Source: a virus
Taxonomy: Duplodnaviria; Caudoviricetes
IMG/VR virus record: IMGVR_UViG_3300046717_000225
Span: 1 to 64,000 of that record
Length of the DNA stretch: 64,000 bases
Strand: one strand, 5' to 3'
The translations under genes were made by a program, and so were the position numbers. The notes beneath the pieces are model-generated. The model did no database searches, was not told the DNA's origin, and worked only from the letters and a program-made list of their open reading frames with translations. Within the stretch, counting starts at the first letter, position 1; each line of letters opens with the position of its first letter. Shown here piece after piece: positions 1 to 7,803 of this stretch.

Positions 1-168
1 CACCTTCGCGTTCGTGCCGTCCGGGCGGAAGCCCCTGAACTCCGAGTCCCCGTACCGGTCCGTCTTGCGTACGACCGACAGGGCCTCGTCCTCCGAGGAC
101 GCTCGGACCACGATTCCGTCGTACTCGTCGTAGTCCGTCCTGTCCGTGCGTGTGATCAGGTAGATCAT
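1..168 (-). CDS. hypothetical phage protein (runs off the left edge)
   Basis: ATG at 168 behind GAGGAGAGCCGATC; reads MIYLITRTDRTDYDEYDGIVVRASSEDEAL with GC-rich third positions. Confidence 0.7.
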   Translation of the reverse strand, partial: MIYLITRTDRTDYDEYDGIVVRASSEDEALSVVRKTDRYGDSEFRGFRPDGTNAKV

Positions 169-180
169 GATCGGCTCTCC

Positions 181-612
181 TCAGATCTCGTCCAGTCCCT
201 CGAACCGGCGCAGTGCGTTGGCGAAGCCGACCTGGTCGGCCTGTGCCGCCTTGCTGAGCGTGCCCCGCAGCTCGAACGTGTGGACGCCGGACTCGCTCAG
301 GTACGCGCTCGCCGCGCTCTCCCGCTGCGTCCAGGCCCAGGTCTCGGCCGTGTGCAGGACGCCTTCCCCGGACCGGCTCGTGCGCTGGGAAGGGGGCGTG
401 TCGGTCCACGGAGCCCTGGTCCGGATGTCGAAGTCCGAGCTGTGCCAGGGCATGTCCTCCCCGTCCGGACCCTCCAGGGTGATCCGGAACCGGGCCATCT
501 TCCGCACCCGGACGTTCTCGGTCCTCTGCTCCCGGTGCCTGTTCCCGGGCGTGACGAGGATCAGTTCATCCCCGACCGTCGGGCGGGGGAACTCGGGCTT
601 GGTCTTGTCCAT
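181..612 (-). CDS. hypothetical phage protein
   Basis: 143 aa, RBS GAGGAGAACCGATC-ATG, tightly packed with neighbours. Confidence 0.75.
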   Translation of the reverse strand: MDKTKPEFPRPTVGDELILVTPGNRHREQRTENVRVRKMARFRITLEGPDGEDMPWHSSDFDIRTRAPWTDTPPSQRTSRSGEGVLHTAETWAWTQRESAASAYLSESGVHTFELRGTLSKAAQADQVGFANALRRFEGLDEI

Positions 613-624
613 GATCGGTTCTCC

Positions 625-924
625 TCAGTTCTGGGCTGCCTGCTCGTCCTGCTCGGCCATCATGTCGGCCGCCTCGTGGGCCAGTGCCTGTCCCTGCTCG
701 CACCCGATGTCGTACACGGGCGTGTCCAGGCACTCCGGGCAGTCGGCCACGTGCTTCTCGTACACCCGCATGGCGGCGAAGTACGGCATCACGAGGCTGA
801 CCGGGCTGTCCTCCAGGACAGGCCGCTCTGACCCGAGGGCGAACATCAGGTCGGTCTCGTTCTCCCGGGCGGCCCACTGGGTCAGCTCGTCGGGACGGAT
901 CAGTTCGAACGTGGTCCTGCTCAT
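625..924 (-). CDS. hypothetical protein with HxxxCxxC...C motif
   Basis: 99 aa, RBS ACCAAGGAGAACCGACC-ATG. Confidence 0.75.
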   Translation of the reverse strand: MSRTTFELIRPDELTQWAARENETDLMFALGSERPVLEDSPVSLVMPYFAAMRVYEKHVADCPECLDTPVYDIGCEQGQALAHEAADMMAEQDEQAAQN

Positions 925-950
925 GGTCGGTTCTCCTTGGTCTTCTGGTC

Positions 951-974
951 CGGGGCCCGGTCGACCGGGCCCCG
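951..974. terminator. perfect 24-bp palindrome, probable terminator hairpin
   Basis: CGGGGCCCGGTCGACCGGGCCCCG just downstream of the 981-1460 stop. Confidence 0.55.
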
Positions 975-980
975 TCGTGC

Positions 981-1460
981 TCAGCTCTCGTCGGCGAACT
1001 CAACGGCGATGACGGCCACTTCGGCATGCGTTTTGGGGAGGGTGGTCTCCAGCTGGTCCCTCAGGGAGGGGCCAGTGTCCAGGGCCACGTTCCCCTTGCG
1101 GTCCAGTACGGTCACGTGCCAGTAGCCGTCGTACCGGCGACCGAGGGTACCTCCGCCGATCTTGCTGACCTCGATGATCCGGCCGTCGTCCCGCAGCTCG
1201 CGGTACTCCACAGCCTCCAGCGGGCACTCCTTGGCCACGTGGAACTGGTCGGCGTTGTCCCGCTGGATGTAGCCGTGGCTCCGGCCCCACGTGATCGGGG
1301 TGCTGAACGCGTCCGGCGGGGTCTTCCAGGTCTGGGTCGGGCCGCTGCGGCGGCAGACCTCGACGCTCGTCTGTTCCCCGCCCCGGGACTTGTGCGTACG
1401 GGTGCAGGTTCCGTAGTGGAACTCGTCCTCGCTCAGGGCCTGTTCCCTGGATACGGGCAT
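981..1460 (-). CDS. hypothetical phage protein
   Basis: 159 aa, RBS AAGGAGGA. Confidence 0.75.
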   Translation of the reverse strand: MPVSREQALSEDEFHYGTCTRTHKSRGGEQTSVEVCRRSGPTQTWKTPPDAFSTPITWGRSHGYIQRDNADQFHVAKECPLEAVEYRELRDDGRIIEVSKIGGGTLGRRYDGYWHVTVLDRKGNVALDTGPSLRDQLETTLPKTHAEVAVIAVEFADES

Positions 1461-1613
1461 GCGATCCTCCTTGATCGACTGTACGTGCGTGCCCCCGGCC
1501 CGGCTCGAACGGGCTGAAGTCCCTCCGCCGTGAGGCGGGTTCGGCGCTGTGCCCTACAGAGGGTCAGTGCTCAAGCGGGGGCTGGCCGGATCAGGCTCCG
1601 GCCGGGCCGTAGA

Positions 1614-1913
1614 TCAGATGCTGTTCTCGCGGTAGTCGTACTGCTCCGGGATCACGTCGTCGTGCACACCCGCCGGATACGGCTCCACGACTCCGTCATT
1701 GTCGAGGACGAACTCCTCGTAGGTACGGGAATCGGGGGCCGGGAGGACGGCCTCGGCCAGGATCTCCTCCGCCTGTGCGGTCTGGGCCTGCTCGTCGATC
1801 GCGGCGAAGACGCCTGCATCGTCCAGGGCCTGGAAGGCTTCCCGCTCGTCCAGGCTCAGGTTGCCCAGGTCCCGCAGAGCGGCCAGTGCGTCGATCACGT
1901 TCTGCTCGTACAT
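1614..1913 (-). CDS. acidic hypothetical protein
   Basis: 99 aa, RBS ACCAAGGGGA. Confidence 0.7.
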   Translation of the reverse strand: MYEQNVIDALAALRDLGNLSLDEREAFQALDDAGVFAAIDEQAQTAQAEEILAEAVLPAPDSRTYEEFVLDNDGVVEPYPAGVHDDVIPEQYDYRENSI

Positions 1914-1915
1914 GG

Positions 1916-2146
1916 TCAGTTCCCCTTGGTCTCGTAGTACGCGGAGCGGGCGGCCTGGAAGCCGACCTCGTACCGGCTCCAGCCGTACGCCTCCAGCAGC
2001 TTGTACGCCTCGCTGAAGTCCAGCCCGGCCTCCTTGAGCAGCTCGGTCATCACGGACCGGGCCTCCTCGCCCTGCTTGCCGTCCAGGCGGTCGCCCACGG
2101 GCTGGCCGGCGATCCGCTGTGCCTCGTCGATCATGGGCTGGTTCAT
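1916..2146 (-). CDS. hypothetical protein
   Basis: MNQPMIDEAQR start chosen from RBS GAGGAGCCGACC-ATG. Confidence 0.65.
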   Translation of the reverse strand: MNQPMIDEAQRIAGQPVGDRLDGKQGEEARSVMTELLKEAGLDFSEAYKLLEAYGWSRYEVGFQAARSAYYETKGN

Positions 2147-2377
2147 GGTCGGCTCCTCTGCCTGGCTCATCAGGACCGGGTGGCGCCCGGCCGACGGGAT
2201 CTTCCTGTTTCGCCTCGTCTTCTCGGTCGTCCGCTCGGGGTGCCGCTGCTGCACGCGTCCCGTCGGGTCTGGCCTGCCGTTTTCTTGGGGAGGGCCGGTG
2301 CCCTGTCGCCGGCGGCTACGAGAGCCGATTCGGGGCCTGAGCCCCGGGCCCTTACCGCTTGGGCCCTTCCCGCCTTA

Positions 2378-2415
2378 CTGGTTTAACTATATCTTGTCTC
2401 GGGAGCTTGTAAAGC
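2378..2415 (-). promoter_or_regulatory. leftward sigma70-like promoter
   Basis: TTTACA-N16-TATAGT on the minus strand, overlapping a TTTANNTAAA-like box. Confidence 0.5.
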
Positions 2416-2433
2416 ACCTCGGACCGGAGACTT

Positions 2434-2754
2434 TCAGTCGTTCAGTACGGCGGGCACGGCCAGGTTCTTGATCCGGCACAGCTTCCGGGCGATCCTCCGG
2501 ACGTCGGGGTCGCGCACGTACGGCTGGTTCTTCCAGTGCGGGTTGCTGCCCGACGGGGAGAGCAGGGCCCACACCCACCGGTACGCGTCCAGCTGGTTCC
2601 GGGAGACCCTGTGCTGGGAGAACCGGTCTTCGATCTGTCCCAGGCCCATCCGGGACATGTATTTGACGTCGCAGTCCTCGCAGCGGCCCTCGAAGTGGTA
2701 ATTGCCCACCTCGTCCAGGACCGGGCAGGTGATTTCTTCGGTCTCGTACAGCAT
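2434..2754 (-). CDS. hypothetical protein (CxxC)
   Basis: 106 aa, RBS AAGGAGA. Confidence 0.7.
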   Translation of the reverse strand: MLYETEEITCPVLDEVGNYHFEGRCEDCDVKYMSRMGLGQIEDRFSQHRVSRNQLDAYRWVWALLSPSGSNPHWKNQPYVRDPDVRRIARKLCRIKNLAVPAVLND

Positions 2755-2809
2755 GGTCTTCTCCTTGAACGGAACGAGGCCCGGGGCACCTGCCCCGGGC
2801 CCGGATGTC

Positions 2810-3514
2810 TCAGAAGCTGGCGTGGATCAGTTCCAGGTGCGCGTCCTGCTGCGCGACGGCCTTGGCGTCGGCCGCCTTGTCCAGGCTGTCCGTCTCGAAC
2901 AGGGTCCGCTCGCCCCGGGCCGGGTTGCGGTACTCGACCGTGTACGTACGGGCCTGGAACGCCTGGACCAGCTCGGCCTTGCTCGGGGCGGGAGCGTCCA
3001 TCCGGACGGTGAACGCGGTCCGGTGGGTCGTGTACGTGCGCACCCGGTCCAGCCGGAAGCTGCGCTTCTCGCCCGACTTGCGGTCGGCCGCCTTCACGAT
3101 GACGTCCCCGGCCTTGGTCAGGCTCAGGCTGGTCGGCTCGATGGTTCGTACGGTCTCCTCGCCGTCCGCCTTCACGTACGTCACTGTCACCGGCTGGACC
3201 TTGCGGACCGCCTTGTGCAGCCTGGCCGCTGCGTCGTCGGAGACCGTGAACACGGTCATGACCGTTCCGCCGGTCAGGAGGACGACAACCCGCAGCCCCG
3301 GCAGCTCGTACTCGAACACCTCACCCTGGCCGAACTCGTCGGTGTAGTCCTCGTTCAGCGCGTTGGCACGGTGTGCGTCGGCACAGTCGGCGATGACCGT
3401 GTCGGCTACTGCCGCGCGTCCCGGGGTCCAGACGACCGTTACGGTCTCGGTGTCGACCCGGCCCTCCACGAAGTGCACGGTCTCGACGGTCCGGGAGTTC
3501 GTGTTCTTGTTCAT
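2810..3514 (-). CDS. WYL-domain protein
   Basis: VTVTYVKADGEETVRTIEPTSL...DRKSGEKRSFRLDRV matches the WYL domain pattern. Confidence 0.8.
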   Translation of the reverse strand: MNKNTNSRTVETVHFVEGRVDTETVTVVWTPGRAAVADTVIADCADAHRANALNEDYTDEFGQGEVFEYELPGLRVVVLLTGGTVMTVFTVSDDAAARLHKAVRKVQPVTVTYVKADGEETVRTIEPTSLSLTKAGDVIVKAADRKSGEKRSFRLDRVRTYTTHRTAFTVRMDAPAPSKAELVQAFQARTYTVEYRNPARGERTLFETDSLDKAADAKAVAQQDAHLELIHASF

Positions 3515-3545
3515 GGCCGGCTCCTTGGTCCCTGGTCTGTACTGC

Positions 3546-3585
3546 TTTAGCTAAATCATAGTGCTGCGCAGGGTACAAGTAAACC
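3546..3585 (-). promoter_or_regulatory. leftward promoter with TTTAGCTAAA box
   Basis: TTTACT-N17-TATGAT directly followed by palindrome TTTAGCTAAA (3546-3555). Confidence 0.55.
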
Positions 3586-3644
3586 CCCTCCGACCTGGGT
3601 CTTTGGCCGGAGAGGGTACGCTTCTCGGGACGAGAGGGGCGATC

Positions 3645-3833
3645 ATGGTCAGTGCACGAGGTGGTCACTGGGGTTTCGTATTCCGCAATCGCCAGGCCGT
3701 GTACCGCGCCCTGCGCAAGCAGGGGATGAGCAAGGCCAAAGCGGCCCGGATCAGCAACGCCGGGCAGAGCCACGCTCAGCGCTCGGTCATGGCACGCAAG
3801 GGCGCGCAGACCCGCCGGGCCCGGGGCAACTAG
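3645..3833 (+). CDS. small basic protein
   Basis: VYRALRKQGMSKAKAARISNA motif; RBS GAGAGGGG; lone plus-strand gene in the left arm. Confidence 0.65.
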   Translation: MVSARGGHWGFVFRNRQAVYRALRKQGMSKAKAARISNAGQSHAQRSVMARKGAQTRRARGN

Positions 3834-4732
3834 GCCAGCGCGCGCCTGATCCCCTCCTCCAGAGTGACCTTGGGCGTGTAGATCGTCAGCATCCGCTCCG
3901 GATCACCGACCCGGTAGGCGACGCCCTGCGGCGCGTCCGGGTTGGGCCGTATCTCGGCCTCCTTCCCGGCGGCCTCCAGCATGAGCCGGCTGAGCTGGAC
4001 GAACGAGGTCGCCCGGCCCATGCACAGGTTGACCGGTAGGTCCGTGCCCGACTCGGCCACGGCCAGCGCACCCCAGACGACGTCCTCCACGTGGATCCAG
4101 TCCCGGACGCAGTCCCCGCACCACAGGTCGAGCGGCTGGCCGGGCTCAAGCGCCCTGACCCGGTCGAGGATCGCCCGGAACGGGTAGGACGGGTCCTGGT
4201 CTTCTCCGTAGCCGGAGAACGGCCGGACGACCGTGACCGGGACGCCCGCCTTCCGGAGCCTGTCGGCGAGGAGTTCCCCGGTCACCTTGCTCCAGCCGTA
4301 GACCTCGTCCGGCATCATGATGTCCGTGTCCCCGTTGTTCCAGATCTCGTCCTCCTGGAGGGCCGATCCCCCGGGCCCCCTCTGGAACGCGACCGGGTAC
4401 GCCGCACTGCTGCTCAAGTACAGCACCCGGCCCGGCCGCGCGACCGCAGCCCAGCGGAACATCTCCGCGTCGATGGACAGGCTCTCGGCCGTGGCCAGCG
4501 GGTCACGCTCGATCGTCTCCCGGCCGCCGACCACGGCCGCACAGTGGACCACGAGGTCGTAGTGCGTCCAATTGACGCGGGGGTTTCGAGCCTGCTGCTG
4601 GAAGAGCATCCGGCAGTCCTGGGTCTGGGTCGTTCTCACGTCGAAGCCCACGACGTCCCACCCCCGGGCCTTCAGCTCGGCCGCGAAGTGGCGTCCCAGG
4701 AAGCCCCGGTCTCCCGTGATCAATGCTCTCAT
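3830..4732 (-). CDS. NAD-dependent epimerase/dehydratase (extended SDR)
   Basis: Rossmann TGDRGFLG, HCAA, LSSSAAY, catalytic YGWSK, RPFSGYG, RDWIHVEDV. Confidence 0.92.
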   Translation of the reverse strand: MRALITGDRGFLGRHFAAELKARGWDVVGFDVRTTQTQDCRMLFQQQARNPRVNWTHYDLVVHCAAVVGGRETIERDPLATAESLSIDAEMFRWAAVARPGRVLYLSSSAAYPVAFQRGPGGSALQEDEIWNNGDTDIMMPDEVYGWSKVTGELLADRLRKAGVPVTVVRPFSGYGEDQDPSYPFRAILDRVRALEPGQPLDLWCGDCVRDWIHVEDVVWGALAVAESGTDLPVNLCMGRATSFVQLSRLMLEAAGKEAEIRPNPDAPQGVAYRVGDPERMLTIYTPKVTLEEGIRRALA

Positions 4733-4850
4733 CAGTACCACTTCCTCATGTGCGGGCAGTAGCACCGTCGGCAGATGGCCGAGGCGAACGGGCCACAGGA
4801 CACAAACGGATGGGGGACCACGGCCCACCACGCCCGGATCAGAAAACGGA

Positions 4851-5441
4851 TCACCACCGGCCCGGCACCCCGCTTGTGTGCTGTCCATGCCAATGCCATC
4901 TCCACGTGCGCCTGTTCAGGTGGGAAAACTTGGCGCCGGAGGCGAGCAGCTTCTGCCAGGTCCCGTGATCGTCGTTGAGGCTTTCGGGGCTGTCCGGGGT
5001 CTTGGCCGTGAACCCCCCGGCCGACCACAACAGGTCCGTCCGGACCAGGACCGTGATCGGAATGTAGTTCACGGTCCGGAGCAGATCCTCGTCGAACGGC
5101 TGCCCCTCCCTCTCCGGCCACGGGTCTCCCCAGGGCGCCTCGGGGATGTCGAACCACGGGTAGACCAGGTCGGCTCCGGTCTCCTGAGCGTGTTCGAGCA
5201 GGAGCCGGACGTGGTCCGGGCACCACTCGTCGTCGTCGTCCAGCAGGGCGGACCACTCCGTGCCCACTCCGGACAGGGCCCGGCTGCGGTTCTTGGCCGA
5301 GCCGAGCCGGCCGTGGTCGACCGAGACGCTGATCGCGTCCACGGGCCGGTCCTGCTGGAGCACGCTGTCCAGGGCCCGGTGCAGTTCCTTGCCCACCCGG
5401 GGCGGGATGGACGCTATGATCGCCGTTACCCCAGGCCTCAT
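4851..5441 (-). CDS. GT2 (GT-A fold) glycosyltransferase
   Basis: AIIASIP, RALDSVLQQ, NRSRAL, ALLDDDDEW, ADLVYPW; ATGA overlap with upstream gene. Confidence 0.88.
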   Translation of the reverse strand: MRPGVTAIIASIPPRVGKELHRALDSVLQQDRPVDAISVSVDHGRLGSAKNRSRALSGVGTEWSALLDDDDEWCPDHVRLLLEHAQETGADLVYPWFDIPEAPWGDPWPEREGQPFDEDLLRTVNYIPITVLVRTDLLWSAGGFTAKTPDSPESLNDDHGTWQKLLASGAKFSHLNRRTWRWHWHGQHTSGVPGRW

Positions 5442-6070
5442 GCGCGCACCGCCATCCAGAGCTGGAAGGTGTAGGCGTCCGGGTAGTTCAGGGTCGACTG
5501 CGGGGTGAACAACTGGACCTCCAGCGGAATCCAGCCGTTGGCCTGAAGCATCTCGTGCACGTCCGCCTGGCCCCATCCCCAGTAGTGCTCGGCGTTCCCG
5601 GTCGAGGCGGGCTCGTCCAGGGGCGTGGACAGGAACAGGTAGCGGGCGTTCTGTGCAATCGCCCGGAGCAGTGCGTCCGGGTCGTCCACGTGCTCGATCG
5701 TCTCGGACAGGACGAACAGGTCGACCGGGGCGGGCAGGTGCACGAGCGTGTCCGGCAGGGGACCGGGCGGCACGTCCTCGGCGTCCATCGCCCCGCACGA
5801 CACCAGAGCCGACACCGGTGCCCCGTTCAGGTCACCGAAGACCGCATTGTCCAGGTACCGGCTGATCATGTTGAGCAGCGCCCCGTCCCCGCAGGACAGA
5901 TCAGCCGCCGACCGGATCGCGCCCCGGTACCTGTCGATCAGGTCGGCCGACGCCTTGACCCGCTCAATGTGATCGGGCCAGCGGTCGTGCTTGTAACCGT
6001 CCGGGTAGGTCCGCGCGTAGAACGCGGCCTCGCCCTCGGGACGGGCCTCACGCAGCCGGGTCCTTGTCAT
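5438..6070 (-). CDS. class I SAM-dependent methyltransferase
   Basis: DLSCGDG motif I, DLFVLSETIEHVDDP, LFLSTP. Confidence 0.85.
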   Translation of the reverse strand: MTRTRLREARPEGEAAFYARTYPDGYKHDRWPDHIERVKASADLIDRYRGAIRSAADLSCGDGALLNMISRYLDNAVFGDLNGAPVSALVSCGAMDAEDVPPGPLPDTLVHLPAPVDLFVLSETIEHVDDPDALLRAIAQNARYLFLSTPLDEPASTGNAEHYWGWGQADVHEMLQANGWIPLEVQLFTPQSTLNYPDAYTFQLWMAVRA

Positions 6071-6330
6071 ACGCACCCCTTGGTCGACTTCTCGTAGCCT
6101 TTGCCCTCGTAGGTACAGACAGGGCAGATGCCGTGGAACGTACAGGGGTCCTTCTCGTCCGGGATCGAGAAGACCTTTCCCTGGACCTCGCGCCACTCAT
6201 GGCCGCCCATCTCCCGGCCGCACAACGGGCACGGGAGCCAGAAGTACCCCCCGGTGAAGGCCCACCACTCATGGACCCAACGGGGCAGGAACGAGATCCG
6301 GCCCCGGGCCTCACGCAGCCGGACGCGCAT
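6067..6330 (-). CDS. hypothetical Zn-binding protein
   Basis: CPLCG...CPVC; overlaps flanking genes. Confidence 0.65.
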   Translation of the reverse strand: MRVRLREARGRISFLPRWVHEWWAFTGGYFWLPCPLCGREMGGHEWREVQGKVFSIPDEKDPCTFHGICPVCTYEGKGYEKSTKGCV

Positions 6331-7027
6331 CGCTGTACTCCTCCCGGATCTGCCGGACCAGGCTGTCCAGCCAGCCGTTGTTCCGGTACGTCTCCCAGGC
6401 TTGCCGGTCCGCCTGGTCCGCCTCGGACGCGTTCACGACCCGGTACCGCTCGTCCCACTCCGCCTTGCCCGCGATCGGGTGCAGGTGCTCGATGACCACG
6501 TCGTCCAGGTAGACGAGTCCGTTGAGCTTCTCGCCCAGTTCCTTCCAGAAATTGTCCAGGTAGAGGTGCCGCATGACCGGAGGCGCCATCATCTCCATGA
6601 CCCTGACCAGGCGAGACTGCATGAACACGGCCGTAGGCAGGTTCGCGCCCTGGAGCAGGTCGTTCCCGTACACGATCCGGGGCTCCAGGCTGTCCAGCGC
6701 GTCCAGCACCCGGCCGTCCCACCCTCGCGTGCGAGGTAGGTGGTCGTCCCCCATGAAGCCGACCGCCTCGTACAGCTCGGCGTAGCGGACGGCCGCGTAG
6801 TTGAGCGCGCGGCACATGCCGCCACCGTGCCTGTCCGGGATCATCAGCCGGGGGATCTTTCCCTCCTCCAGCAGGGCCCGGTACCCCGGCAGCTCCGGGT
6901 CGTCCGAGTCGGCCACGAACACGGGCAGGGCGTCCAGGGCATCGCTGCTCCTGAACGCCTGCGCCAGCCGGGCCGCGTTCTGCGGCCGTCCCCGGGTGGG
7001 GACGATCACTGCGAGGGGTGGGGTCAC
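6311..7027 (-). CDS. GT2-like glycosyltransferase
   Basis: VIVPTRGRP, ALNYAA, FMGDDH, YLDNFW, VIEHLHP; RBS AAGGAGG with GTGA overlap. Confidence 0.85.
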   Translation of the reverse strand: MTPPLAVIVPTRGRPQNAARLAQAFRSSDALDALPVFVADSDDPELPGYRALLEEGKIPRLMIPDRHGGGMCRALNYAAVRYAELYEAVGFMGDDHLPRTRGWDGRVLDALDSLEPRIVYGNDLLQGANLPTAVFMQSRLVRVMEMMAPPVMRHLYLDNFWKELGEKLNGLVYLDDVVIEHLHPIAGKAEWDERYRVVNASEADQADRQAWETYRNNGWLDSLVRQIREEYSDARPAA

Positions 7028-7434
7028 CTGTTCCTCCTTGACGGTCTGGCCACCGCGTGCGCCAGCTCCGAGTTGATCTGGGACTCCCGGGTCGTCTTGA
7101 CCAGGTGGGAGATGACGGCCGCGAGCAGGGCCAGGCCGATGAGCCCGAGCAGCAGCGCCACCATGACCACGGCCAGTATGAACGCGCAGATCGTCCCGAT
7201 GATGCAGGACAGCAGCGCCACCCACAGCCACGGGATCACCTGCTCGGCTACGGTCGGCTTCGGGGGCGGGGGCGGCGGAGCGGGGGGTGCGTAATGGTGA
7301 TGTTCGTGCACGTGGATGACCTGCCCGCCGGGACCCGTGCCGGAGGGCTCGCCGGCCAGCCCTGCGGGCAGGGGGTTCATCTTCAGGTACTCCACGATGG
7401 CGGGTAGCCGGTCGTTTTCCTGGTCCATGGTCAC
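7024..7434 (-). CDS. membrane protein, Streptomyces plasmid spread (Spd)-like
   Basis: HEHHHYAPPAPPPPP followed by two hydrophobic helices; adjacent to TraB. Confidence 0.6.
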   Translation of the reverse strand: MTMDQENDRLPAIVEYLKMNPLPAGLAGEPSGTGPGGQVIHVHEHHHYAPPAPPPPPPKPTVAEQVIPWLWVALLSCIIGTICAFILAVVMVALLLGLIGLALLAAVISHLVKTTRESQINSELAHAVARPSRRNR

Positions 7435-7452
7435 ATCTCCTTGCTCAGCGGT

Positions 7453-7680
7453 TCAGTGTCCGGAGGCGATGCGCCGCTGGACGTACTGGTCCAGCAGCCA
7501 CCACGGCACGGTGCATACGGCGACGAACACGACCGATCCGAACACCGGAAGGTTCAGCCAGTCGCCGGGAACGAGCCCCACCGCCATGTACGCGGTGAAG
7601 AACCCCAGCACCAGGTCCAGGGCGATGAACAGGTAGGTCTGGGTCTCCCACCACAGCCACCGCATCCAGTATTGGATCAT
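7453..7680 (-). CDS. small membrane protein
   Basis: 75 aa, two TM segments. Confidence 0.7.
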   Translation of the reverse strand: MIQYWMRWLWWETQTYLFIALDLVLGFFTAYMAVGLVPGDWLNLPVFGSVVFVAVCTVPWWLLDQYVQRRIASGH

Positions 7681-7754
7681 GTCCGTTTTGCTCCTTCTGT
7701 GTGGGTTGACGGGTCAACCGTGTGAGCCCAAGAACCTCCTAGGCCAGAACGGTC

Positions 7755-7780
7755 GTCACGGTCTTGGTCACGGCCGTGAC
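7755..7780. repeat. GTCACGG repeats just downstream of traB, clt/TRS candidate
   Basis: GTCACGG at 7755 and 7767; inverted copy at 7774 forms palindrome GTCACGGCCGTGAC. Confidence 0.4.
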
Positions 7781-7803
7781 GGCCATTCTCGTCAAGGACG
7801 TGA

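Noticed and set aside
4732-4850. Cys-rich micro-ORF (…CGPFASAICRRCYCPHMRKWY) between the GT and epimerase genes
   Set aside because: Its stop is coupled to the epimerase start, but I found no convincing RBS or start codon.
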